IMG/VR virus record: IMGVR_UViG_3300006802_000086
Location: 1-64,000 of that record
DNA: 64,000 nucleotides
Source: a virus
Direction: 5' to 3' (one strand)
Shown: positions 41,380-50,432 of the stretch, one piece after another
Numbering within the stretch: position 1 is the stretch's first letter
Layout: the number at the start of each line of letters is the position of its first letter
Program-made: the position numbers and the translations under genes
The notes under the pieces: generated by a model
What the model was told of the DNA's origin: nothing
Seen by the model: the letters and a program-made list of their open reading frames with translations, nothing else
The model's database searches: none

Positions 41380-42289
41380 TAGAAAAATCGTTGGAAGATC
41401 CGATCAATTATCACAAGAATTAAAAGAAAAAATAACACAAGAAAATGTTTTATGCGCTCATTCAGAATTAAGTGCTTTAGTTAACGCTACACACTATAAA
41501 AATCATCACACTCATTCAGAGCCTGTAGCAAATAGGTCGACTGTTCTTTATGAAACAGTTGATGTAATTCGCTATATGATTGCAACTTTAAATACGTGGG
41601 GTATTACGTCAGGAGAATTTGAAAAAGCCTTTGATAAAAAAGATGTATATCTCAATAAGCATCACGAGATGCAACAAAAAAAATGGGATGGTGTACAACC
41701 TGTAGCAATTGTTGACATTGATGATGTATTAGCAAATTTTAGAGAAGGATTTTCTAATTGGCTGAAGAAAGAGTACGGAGTAGAGCCTGATGTTAATTCT
41801 AAAGAATACTACTTTATTACAGCACTATCAAAAATCAATATGAACTCAGAAACTGTCTTTAAGAGGTATTTAGATAGTGGAGGATTTGCAGATCTTACTA
41901 TAGATACAGACAATTTAGAACTTTTACATCAACTTAAACACCAAGGATATTGGATACATCTTCTCACAGCAAGGCCTGAGGAAGAATTGCAATGTCTATA
42001 TGATACTTACTACTGGATTTGGCTGCAAAATATTCCTTGCGATGCAATTTCATTTTCACCTGAAAAATTTAGATGGTGTGCCAAGTCAAAATATTATGAT
42101 GCAGGTGCTATTAAATTTGCAATTGATGACGCACCTAAACACGCACAAGACTATGCTAAGCATGGAATAAAATGCTTCGTTCCTAAAAAGTCATACAATG
42201 AGCATCTTCACGATAAAAATATTTTTCTTTATAAAAATTATAGTCACATTACTAATTTATTAATGATGCAAGGTTTGTTAAGGGAATGA
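41327..42289 (+). CDS. Fusion of a degenerate all-alpha NTP-PPase domain and a HAD 5'(3')-deoxyribonucleotidase (start may be 41339 or 41354)
   Basis: N-terminal ELSAL...YETVDVIRY...FDKKD; C-terminal VDIDDVLANF, LLTARP, AIDDAP. Confidence 0.7.
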   Translation: MRWNLNFKQMMKKQEAYNRKIVGRSDQLSQELKEKITQENVLCAHSELSALVNATHYKNHHTHSEPVANRSTVLYETVDVIRYMIATLNTWGITSGEFEKAFDKKDVYLNKHHEMQQKKWDGVQPVAIVDIDDVLANFREGFSNWLKKEYGVEPDVNSKEYYFITALSKINMNSETVFKRYLDSGGFADLTIDTDNLELLHQLKHQGYWIHLLTARPEEELQCLYDTYYWIWLQNIPCDAISFSPEKFRWCAKSKYYDAGAIKFAIDDAPKHAQDYAKHGIKCFVPKKSYNEHLHDKNIFLYKNYSHITNLLMMQGLLRE

Positions 42290-42344
42290 TGATATAACTG
42301 GCTCTAACCTCATATATATGATTATATAGACAAAGGGTAAAGAT

Positions 42345-43352
42345 ATGCATGTCAAAATGTCAGATTTAAAATTAATTGTAGAAAGATTCTTAAAAGAACA
42401 AGAAGGCGACTGGCTAGGTGATGAAGAAGATAATCTAGGTAATTTAGGCGTAAACAGACTTGATCAAAAATTAAAAAATTTAAAAAATTTGTGTATTGAT
42501 CAGATTATTGATGAATTATCAAGCTCAAACTTTAGAGATCAAAACATTTCAGAACAGATGTTAAAAGTAGTAGAGCGAAACTTAAAAAATGTAAGTGTTG
42601 TTGTGTCAAAAGTCACAGCTAGTAAAGAAATTAATCTTTCTTCAATGGCTATTTGTTTTACACCTAACATTACACATACCAAAGAAGAAAATAATATGGT
42701 TTTACAGACACCTAAAATACCTAGCGACATCAATGATATTTCTAAAGATGTGCTTAGTAGATATAATTCTTCTCCTGGAAAATACCCAATCATACTTTTT
42801 CTAGAAAAAAATATATCCAGTGACATAGATGATCAGAAACTCAAAGATATTTTACTTCACGAATTAGGTCATGTTAAAAACAACACAATAAAGGCACTAT
42901 CATTAACAGCATCAGATCAGTCTGGAGAAAATATAGGAAACATTCAGCTTAATCGAGATGAGATAAAGTCAATTTTAAGAAAAGACTTTAAAGAAAAGTC
43001 TGTTAATGAAATAATATTCATATTAACTTCTGAAGGCTGGTTAGACAAAGAACAAAAAGATGAAAATCAAGAGTTAGTAAGTGAGCTTAAAGAATATTAT
43101 GATGGTGTTGAAGACTCAAGCAACATGAAAGCAGTTGAAGAGTTAGCTGTCAGAGTATCTGCGCTAAAAAGAAATAGTGAAGCTTTTACAAGATTTGTTG
43201 TCAATAAAGAAATAGATCGCTATACCAACATATCAAAAGATTATAATCTAGACATTGCTGACATAGTTTTACTTATAAGTAAAAATGCAAATACTAATGA
43301 TATAAATAAAATTGTCAAAAATAAGCAGTCAAGAAAAAATGTAACTGTATAA
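42345..43352 (+). CDS. Leader-bearing putative zinc metallopeptidase
   Basis: MHVKMSDLKLIVERFLKEQE leader; LLHELGH and a downstream EELAVR. Confidence 0.55.
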   Translation: MHVKMSDLKLIVERFLKEQEGDWLGDEEDNLGNLGVNRLDQKLKNLKNLCIDQIIDELSSSNFRDQNISEQMLKVVERNLKNVSVVVSKVTASKEINLSSMAICFTPNITHTKEENNMVLQTPKIPSDINDISKDVLSRYNSSPGKYPIILFLEKNISSDIDDQKLKDILLHELGHVKNNTIKALSLTASDQSGENIGNIQLNRDEIKSILRKDFKEKSVNEIIFILTSEGWLDKEQKDENQELVSELKEYYDGVEDSSNMKAVEELAVRVSALKRNSEAFTRFVVNKEIDRYTNISKDYNLDIADIVLLISKNANTNDINKIVKNKQSRKNVTV

Positions 43353-43367
43353 AATATTTGATATAAT
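43339..43367 (+). promoter_or_regulatory. Sigma70-like promoter
   Basis: ATGTAA-N17-TATAAT with extended -10 TG. Confidence 0.7.
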
Positions 43368-43398
43368 AAAAAATATAAAACATACTAAAGGAGAAAAT

Positions 43399-43626
43399 AT
43401 GATTTTATTACTAGCAACACTATTTACAGCACAAGCAGAAGAAAACATGATCAGATATCAAAATAAAACAGAGATTGACTTTGACGCATTAGAACTTACG
43501 GGCGAAATGGTAAAACCGCAAGGATCACTAATCATTGAGAGAAGTAACGTTCGATTCAATCCGCTTATTGAACTTCGCAAAGACTTTAATCCGGAAATGG
43601 CAAAATCAGTTAACTTAATTAAGTAG
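43399..43626 (+). CDS. Exported small protein resembling gliding-motility protein CglF/GltF
   Basis: Signal peptide ending AQA; KTEIDFD..ELTGEMVKPQG...R...FNPLIELRKDF.PEM.KS; has its own promoter, SD and terminator. Confidence 0.7.
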   Translation: MILLLATLFTAQAEENMIRYQNKTEIDFDALELTGEMVKPQGSLIIERSNVRFNPLIELRKDFNPEMAKSVNLIK

Positions 43627-43666
43627 TTTTCCTGACCAATAAAACTAATTAGTTTAGTAATTTTTT

Positions 43667-43705
43667 AAGCACTATTTTGTAATAGTGCTTTTTTTGTCAT
43701 ATAAT
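43667..43705 (+). terminator. Terminator hairpin with an embedded promoter for the thyX operon
   Basis: AAGCACTATT-ttgt-AATAGTGCTT-TTTTT; TTGTAA(43677)-N17-TATAAT(43700). Confidence 0.8.
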
Positions 43706-43740
43706 GATTATACAAATTAAATATTAAAAAAGGAGAATGG

Positions 43741-44727
43741 ATGCCTCAAAACAGTAACTTAAAACCTATTACGTTGCCGATGCAACTTAAATTTGGTGAA
43801 AAGCCAAAAACAGAATTTTACAACAATTTATCTGCACTTAAAGTTGAACTAGTTGATTCACCTACCAGATCGCAGGCACTCAATGTTGCATGGCAATATG
43901 TCAAAGCAACATGGGCAGATCATCATGATGAGACAAACCCATCTACTACATCTTTGCAAGAATTGTCAGCCAATCTAGAAGACGTGCTTAATTTTCGCGC
44001 ACTTCCAACTCCAATGGAGTGCCTAGGATTTACCTTTAAATTAAGCGGGCTTTCATTCCAAGAAGTAACTCATATCATTCGACATCGAGCTGGATCATTT
44101 GCTGCACAGTGCACAGGTGACCGTGATCTTCGACATGATCCTGCTGTTATTCCAGAAGCTGTACAAAATAGTCCAGAATTTTTAACTCGTTGGAAGAAAT
44201 TAGTAGAAGATAGCAAACAACTTTATGCAGACATGACAGACTCAAAAGATGTGTCTATGATGGACGCACGAATGATCCTTCCAAAAGCAATGACGTCCTT
44301 TTATCTTATGCGCCTCAATCTTAAAGATCTACTAGGTTTTATTGCGCAACGTCAAGATATGCAAATTCAACCTGCTGCTGATAATCTTCTTGCTGTCTAC
44401 ATGGCACGTGAAGTCCTAAAGATTTTACCAGAAGCTAGCACGCGCATTAATTTCGACAAACCAGACATGCATTATGTGAAAACTTTCCGTGTACCTGATG
44501 GTAAAGGTGGTCATACATCTCGAGGTACAAATCTGTACTGGCCAGAACCTAAGAATGATAAGTTTGAGTATCATCCTGATGACAGTATTTACCAGGCACG
44601 CCGCGAAGATATCAACGGGACACACAATCCAGGAGGTGATACTGTATTTACAAAATTGTGGTCAGAAACAATTGAAGAGATCGATGAAATGAAATATGAA
44701 TATAACAAATTTATGGGGAGAGAATAA
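43741..44727 (+). CDS. thyX: Divergent flavin-dependent thymidylate synthase (ThyX-like)
   Basis: HIIRHRAGSFAAQC (RHRx7S with Ser replaced by Cys), DARMILP, NLKDLLGFIAQR. Confidence 0.7.
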   Translation: MPQNSNLKPITLPMQLKFGEKPKTEFYNNLSALKVELVDSPTRSQALNVAWQYVKATWADHHDETNPSTTSLQELSANLEDVLNFRALPTPMECLGFTFKLSGLSFQEVTHIIRHRAGSFAAQCTGDRDLRHDPAVIPEAVQNSPEFLTRWKKLVEDSKQLYADMTDSKDVSMMDARMILPKAMTSFYLMRLNLKDLLGFIAQRQDMQIQPAADNLLAVYMAREVLKILPEASTRINFDKPDMHYVKTFRVPDGKGGHTSRGTNLYWPEPKNDKFEYHPDDSIYQARREDINGTHNPGGDTVFTKLWSETIEEIDEMKYEYNKFMGRE

Positions 44728-44728
44728 T

Positions 44729-45178
44729 ATGAGTTTAGGAAAAGTTTATTTAGCAAGTGGGTGGTTTTCACCTGAATGGTTGGAAGAAGTAGAAAATATC
44801 AAAGCGGTATTTGAAAAACACGGTGTTAGTTATTTTTCACCAAAAGATGAAAATCTATGTGATAACGACGCAAATGAGTCAATGCAAGATCAGATCTTTA
44901 GTGGTAACATTAAACACTTGCATGAATGCGATTGGATGTTGTGTAACACACGCAACAAAGATATGGGAAGTATTTTTGAGGCAGGTTATATGAACTGTCT
45001 AGAAAAACCAATCGTATATTTCTGCGACGGCCTTCCTCCAGGTGCACAATTTAATCTTATGTTGGCAGCTAGTGGTATTAAGGTTTGTCGATCGTTAGAA
45101 GACCTAGATACATACCTTGCACAATGCAAAACTACAGAAAGACTAGTCGTTGAAAGATATCAAGGAGATATTGAGTAG
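44729..45178 (+). CDS. Nucleoside 2-deoxyribosyltransferase / nucleotide N-glycosidase family protein
   Basis: VYLASGWFS, FSPKD, DMGSIFEAGY, KPIV, NLML. Confidence 0.85.
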   Translation: MSLGKVYLASGWFSPEWLEEVENIKAVFEKHGVSYFSPKDENLCDNDANESMQDQIFSGNIKHLHECDWMLCNTRNKDMGSIFEAGYMNCLEKPIVYFCDGLPPGAQFNLMLAASGIKVCRSLEDLDTYLAQCKTTERLVVERYQGDIE

Positions 45179-45210
45179 ATTAATCTTTAGTCTTCTTAAG
45201 CCTAACAGGA

Positions 45211-48200
45211 TTAAGCTAATGCTTTCTTGTTAGGCACTATTTTAACTAAAATTAAGAAAACTGTATGTGATCTGTTAATTGATATCTTTTTCATAGTTCC
45301 ACCTGTTGTCGATGTGTTGTCTAAATTACCACCAATTAATTTTCCTCCTGAGTAAACGTTCATATGTGCACCTGACTGAGGCTCCGATCCTGCAAATTTT
45401 TTAAAGGTTTTCATACCGCAACCAGAAGGAAGTCCTCTTTTAGAACTATAACCGTTAAGCGAAAAGACGCCGTCTAGAAGGTTTAAGTCAGATCTAGATT
45501 CGACCTCTTCCCTAGTAAAGGGTAGCAAAACTACTTGCCCGATAAAACTTTCAGGATCATTTTCAACTTCTTGTCTTTTTAACATTAATTGTGCCCACGG
45601 GTATGAAATCCCCATTTGCTTTGGCACGCTGTTTACTATATCGTAGGCAGGATGCGAAGGAGTTACCATTGCATTGAAAGTATGTCCACTCCAAGCTACT
45701 CTATTTAAGTACTTCCAACTATCTTTAATATTGACAGGCATGAATGTATCTGGGTGCATCAGCGCTATTTTTCCGTCACCATGATTTGTAATTGCTTGCT
45801 TGACAACAATATCATTTATTTTCTTAAGACCTTCTTCTGACTTTTCGCCAAACCCTGTGATTTGTGAAAGTAATCTCTCACCCTCAGCAGCACCTGCAGA
45901 CATGTCCAGCTGTTCAAACTTAATAGGTAAAGAATCCTCATCTAAAAATGCATGTTCCTTCGGATTAAAATTTTTCTTAGAAGCTTTTGAAGAGTTGTCC
46001 TTGACAGAATTCGAAGACTTCGATACTTGTTTTTCTTTTTCAATAATTTTTTTCTGAAGTTCACTATTTCCTTTAAACGATTTACTTACTGCATCTGGGC
46101 CGCTATAATTACCGTCCTTAATATCTTTGTATACTTTGGCAGGATTAATATAGTTTTCTTTAAATAAATAATTTCTAATTTTACGAACTGATTCATTCAA
46201 AGGTTCAATCTTAAAATTCTTGTCAACACCTCTTTTTGCCTGTCCTATCTGTCCGGACACGGAATCGACAGCAATAACAATGTCATCAATATAGAATTTA
46301 TAATATCTGTTTTTCATACCTCTGCCAGCTGTATATGTTCCAGGCTCACCTTTTTTATCTCCGTAAGCCATTTCCATTTTTCCACCGGTATCTTGATTTT
46401 TCTTTTTATTGAATTCCTGCGTAGCTTTTTTAATAGCTTCCGGGTCTTGTGCGAGTCTTACCATCTCTGCAACGCCTGAAGGATTTTTCTTTTTCGGATC
46501 ATTAAGTACTAAACTAGCCACTTGTGCAGCGTTATTTTTAAATTTAAGAATCGTTTCTTTTTTAACACCCTTGTCAATTGCTGCTTTTATAATCATGTCA
46601 ATATTTTTTTCGATCCAGGCCACCCAAGCTTTGTCTGTGTTAGGCCCCCAATCTCCATCAACTGTAGTACCAATAACACCTTGGACATATTCAACATCTT
46701 TTTTATTATTTTCTATTAAGACACTTTTAATTGCTTTTCTTAAGCTTGCTTCTGTTAAAATCATTTTACCTTTCCTTGTTTTAAAAATATTTTCTGCCAT
46801 GGCTTTTTGCTTAGGCATAATTTCTGATTCAATTGTTGCAACAAATTGCTCACCAGGCTTTTCATCAACATGCACACCATCTCTCGAGCTAGTAACATTT
46901 GACTCAAACCACGGGTAGGGATCGATAACATTAATTCTTCCTGACATTCCTAATTGAGACTCAACAGCATCAATACCTGCAACAATCTCTCTGTTTCTTT
47001 TTGCTCGAGTTGCTTTAAATTTTGAAACTTCTCGCTCAGGTTTTCCAGGGGTGTTGACATATGTTGTTTTCTCTGTAGGTTTAACTGCAGGCGGCGCCAA
47101 GACCCAAGTTATTTGTGCGTCTTCTGGGGCATTTTGTAAAATATCTTTTGCCAAATAACTAGCTCTGCTAGAACCGTTGCCGCCTAGCGTAAGGATAATA
47201 TTGTTTGTTCTGCTGACTGCATCAATAATTTTATCTTCCCCAAACTCACTCATGACGCCTGCTGGTGTAGCTCCGTTCTTCTGAAAAAAGTTCTTTCCCT
47301 TCGTAGCTGTGCCTAGGCGTTTTCTAATTCCTTTTCCTAGACCGCTGTTGCCTTGACTGTCTGCAATGTATACATACGGGAGAGGTTCGTCAGAAGATTC
47401 TCTCTGTTGTTTCTGTTCGCCACTTTCTCCTTCAAATCCTAATAAAAATAATTTAGCTTCTTCGTGCCTTCTCTTTTCTAGGCCCTGCACATATTCACCC
47501 TTGCTAGTTCTAGGTTTTGCATCTATTACATCAGCTGCTTCTTTATAACGACCTTGATTAATTAATTGCGTTATAGACTCGCCTTTATTATTTTTAAATT
47601 TATTTAAAGCACTTGCACCTCCATTAAAGCAATAACTTGCTAATGCAACAAACATGTTATGAGTGATTGGTGCTTTTAATTGTGACTTAAATACTCGTGT
47701 ATGTTTTGCAACGTCGCTTCCAAAGAGTTCTAGAGCTTGTTGTAAATTCATTTCCTTTGATCCACTTCCTAAAAATTCTTTAAATTTTTCTCTTTCGTTT
47801 GATCTAATTAAGTGCCCAATGCCAATTGTTGGATATCCGCTTGACTCTTCATAGCTATTTATTGTTCTCCCGCCTTTGTCATCATAAACTTTTGATCTAA
47901 AACCTTCACCGCCTTTTATAAATACTTGAATTTCTTTAGACACGTCTTCGTATTGACTAGCACTTTTTAATGTTTGATCCGCAGTAAATTTTCCACCACC
48001 AGCCTTGTTAATTTTTGCCTCAAGACCTTTGACAGCTTTGTTAACAATTTTAGCGTCTGAATTTGAATTATTACCTGGCGAAGTAGGAATATTAAGTTTT
48101 GACTTTGATTTCACAGCTTTCTTAAGTGTGTCAGCTTTTTTCTTGATAGTATCCTTAAACTCACTGCTAATTTTCTCTGCACCTTTTATGCTCCCAGATT

Positions 48201-49272
48201 CAATTCCTTTTTGGACTTTGTCAATAATTTTGCTTACATCTAATTTTCTCTCTCTTAGAATTTTATATCTATGTCTTTTTAGAATTCTTTGTTCTTTTAA
48301 GTATTCCCCGCCTTTTCCTCTAGGTCTTTGGTAAACTTCACCATCAGTATCAATAGCAACTGCAACATCATCAATCCAAAATTTTAAATAGTCTTTGTCG
48401 ATACCTTTGCCTGTCTCTGCTTTTTTAAACCCCATTAATACTGGCTCGTTATTTGTTCCAAATTTTTTAAGATACTCTTCATACTCTTCTTTAAAAGTTG
48501 TATATGCTAACTTAAAATGGTCATTGTTAAAACTACCTCGCCTTCCTAAGGTTTTGTCATCGCTAGGCAGGTCTTTAAGCGCATTTGCAATTTCTTCTTT
48601 AGATTTATTATCATTAATCCAGTCTCGAAACATATCACCCTTATCTTGGTTTAAATCTTTAGGAATTCTTTTAAGCTGCTCATCTGTAAATTCATATTTT
48701 TTATCTTTTGAAGATTTCGATTGTGATTTTGTTCCACCATATTTTTTATCTAAATTCTCACCACCTTTCTTGTTGATAGGTGTCCAAGGTCCATTATTTT
48801 TACTGTAACTCCACCCAAATTCTGCAGAAGGATCTTTTTTGTATTTGTAAACACCGTCGCCATCATCGTATATTTTTTCTTTAGAAAAATTTTCTATCTT
48901 TCCTATTTGTTCAGCGGCCGGCCCTGAAATAACTTTATATTTGCCATTACCTAAGTCTTCGTAAGTAAAGCCTGATAAGTCTTTGTCAGATTTAATCCCA
49001 AGTTCTTGAGCATTTTTACCTAAAGTTTCTTTTTTGGTAAATTCTTCATAATAAGTTTTAAGCATGTAATAAGCTACTCTTTTCCCATCAGGAACATCTG
49101 CCTTATCTAAAGCTGCCTTTATATTTGGTGCTTTTGTAGATTTAAAACGCAAAGCATTGTCATTAGAGCCAAAACCTGTGTCAAAGCCTATATACTTTTT
49201 TGATTCTTCTTGCTCGCGAAGAAGTCTTTTGAGTGATTTAATTTTAATAAGTTTGTTTAGATTGTTATTCAT
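45211..49272 (-). CDS. Multidomain cell-envelope hydrolase: GH24 lysozyme, SGNH esterase, PG-binding domain and possible amidase-like C-terminus (1353 aa)
   Basis: EGFRSKVYDD..GYPTIGIGH..ALASYCFN..GLEKRRHEEAKLF; IADSQG/LGGN/DGVH; VDGDWGPNT; AWSG...H...IGGN. Confidence 0.75.
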   Translation of the reverse strand: MNNNLNKLIKIKSLKRLLREQEESKKYIGFDTGFGSNDNALRFKSTKAPNIKAALDKADVPDGKRVAYYMLKTYYEEFTKKETLGKNAQELGIKSDKDLSGFTYEDLGNGKYKVISGPAAEQIGKIENFSKEKIYDDGDGVYKYKKDPSAEFGWSYSKNNGPWTPINKKGGENLDKKYGGTKSQSKSSKDKKYEFTDEQLKRIPKDLNQDKGDMFRDWINDNKSKEEIANALKDLPSDDKTLGRRGSFNNDHFKLAYTTFKEEYEEYLKKFGTNNEPVLMGFKKAETGKGIDKDYLKFWIDDVAVAIDTDGEVYQRPRGKGGEYLKEQRILKRHRYKILRERKLDVSKIIDKVQKGIESGSIKGAEKISSEFKDTIKKKADTLKKAVKSKSKLNIPTSPGNNSNSDAKIVNKAVKGLEAKINKAGGGKFTADQTLKSASQYEDVSKEIQVFIKGGEGFRSKVYDDKGGRTINSYEESSGYPTIGIGHLIRSNEREKFKEFLGSGSKEMNLQQALELFGSDVAKHTRVFKSQLKAPITHNMFVALASYCFNGGASALNKFKNNKGESITQLINQGRYKEAADVIDAKPRTSKGEYVQGLEKRRHEEAKLFLLGFEGESGEQKQQRESSDEPLPYVYIADSQGNSGLGKGIRKRLGTATKGKNFFQKNGATPAGVMSEFGEDKIIDAVSRTNNIILTLGGNGSSRASYLAKDILQNAPEDAQITWVLAPPAVKPTEKTTYVNTPGKPEREVSKFKATRAKRNREIVAGIDAVESQLGMSGRINVIDPYPWFESNVTSSRDGVHVDEKPGEQFVATIESEIMPKQKAMAENIFKTRKGKMILTEASLRKAIKSVLIENNKKDVEYVQGVIGTTVDGDWGPNTDKAWVAWIEKNIDMIIKAAIDKGVKKETILKFKNNAAQVASLVLNDPKKKNPSGVAEMVRLAQDPEAIKKATQEFNKKKNQDTGGKMEMAYGDKKGEPGTYTAGRGMKNRYYKFYIDDIVIAVDSVSGQIGQAKRGVDKNFKIEPLNESVRKIRNYLFKENYINPAKVYKDIKDGNYSGPDAVSKSFKGNSELQKKIIEKEKQVSKSSNSVKDNSSKASKKNFNPKEHAFLDEDSLPIKFEQLDMSAGAAEGERLLSQITGFGEKSEEGLKKINDIVVKQAITNHGDGKIALMHPDTFMPVNIKDSWKYLNRVAWSGHTFNAMVTPSHPAYDIVNSVPKQMGISYPWAQLMLKRQEVENDPESFIGQVVLLPFTREEVESRSDLNLLDGVFSLNGYSSKRGLPSGCGMKTFKKFAGSEPQSGAHMNVYSGGKLIGGNLDNTSTTGGTMKKISINRSHTVFLILVKIVPNKKALA

Positions 49273-49353
49273 ATAACTCTGCCTCTAGAATATTTTGATA
49301 AACATATTATATATATGTTCTATAATTTTAAAATAATAGCAAAGCAATTAATT

Positions 49354-49382
49354 ATGAAAACTTTAAAACTTCTAAGTATTAT
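49354..49382 (+). promoter_or_regulatory. Sigma70-like promoter
   Basis: ATGAAA-N17-TATTAT. Confidence 0.55.
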
Positions 49383-49403
49383 AAGTTTATTAGAGGAGGT
49401 TTT

Positions 49404-50396
49404 ATGAAAAAAGTATTTATTACCGGTGAAAAAGGTTTTATTGGAACAAATTTGGCCAAACGTGCCAAATTACACGGTTTCGAACATGTCTCTGGTGTGC
49501 ATGCACAAAACGAAGACGCAGTTTTCGTATCACAATATGTCACAGAAAAGGGTGAACCTTGTGTGCATCAAAATAGCGAGGAAGCATGGCAATCTTTCTT
49601 TGAAGTCAACAGCATCGACTATGTAATCCATAATGCAGCAGTTGTAGGTACAGATGTAGTTGCACTCAATGCAAAAGAGTCAACATTAACCAACGTGCAA
49701 GGTACTTTCAACATCTGTCGTGCTGCAAAGAAATGCGGTATTCCAGTCTGTTATATGGGAACCACAGTTATTTATGACACACCTAAGTATCAACAATCAG
49801 CTATTGTCGAAGACTCCGATCGCGGCCCTAGTACATTCTACGGTTGTCAGAAACTCTCAGCTGAGGAAGTTGTCAAGTCTCATAGCAGCAAGTGGATGAT
49901 CGTCCGCCCACTCTTTGCTTATGGCGGTGAAGGTGATATGAATTCTCTTATTGCCAAAACGATCTATGCAAAACTCAACGGTGTAGAAAAGATCCAAATG
50001 TTTCTCGATCCTAGTAAGATTAAAGACTACTTACATGTCAATGACTACTGTGACGGTGTTTTCTCTTGCATGAAAGAAGACAAGTGCTGGAACAATGACT
50101 TTAATATCGCCGCAGAAACACCACTTGTCACCGGTGAAATTATCAAATTAATGGACGAAGTGTGTGGTCAGAGTTTCGCAGATACTGTAGAATGGCTTCC
50201 GCAGACTGAATATATGGGAAATCATATCTTATCAAGTGCAAAAGCAAGAGAGTATACTGGCTGGTCTCCACGTATATCACTGGCTAAAGGTATTCGCATG
50301 TCATACGAAAGTATTCTCAAGTCAGAAGGTTATAATCCTCTGCGTTATCTTGAAGAAGCAGCAGAGCGCAATATTGATTTAACAGAGTATTTTTAG
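49404..50396 (+). CDS. NAD-dependent nucleotide-sugar epimerase/dehydratase (extended SDR)
   Basis: ITGEKGFIG, HNAA, YGCQK (YxxxK), RP..AYG, KDYLHV.D; SD GAGGAGG. Confidence 0.9.
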   Translation: MKKVFITGEKGFIGTNLAKRAKLHGFEHVSGVHAQNEDAVFVSQYVTEKGEPCVHQNSEEAWQSFFEVNSIDYVIHNAAVVGTDVVALNAKESTLTNVQGTFNICRAAKKCGIPVCYMGTTVIYDTPKYQQSAIVEDSDRGPSTFYGCQKLSAEEVVKSHSSKWMIVRPLFAYGGEGDMNSLIAKTIYAKLNGVEKIQMFLDPSKIKDYLHVNDYCDGVFSCMKEDKCWNNDFNIAAETPLVTGEIIKLMDEVCGQSFADTVEWLPQTEYMGNHILSSAKAREYTGWSPRISLAKGIRMSYESILKSEGYNPLRYLEEAAERNIDLTEYF

Positions 50397-50432
50397 CCAC
50401 CTCTTAATAATTATCTTTAGTGAGGATGACAT

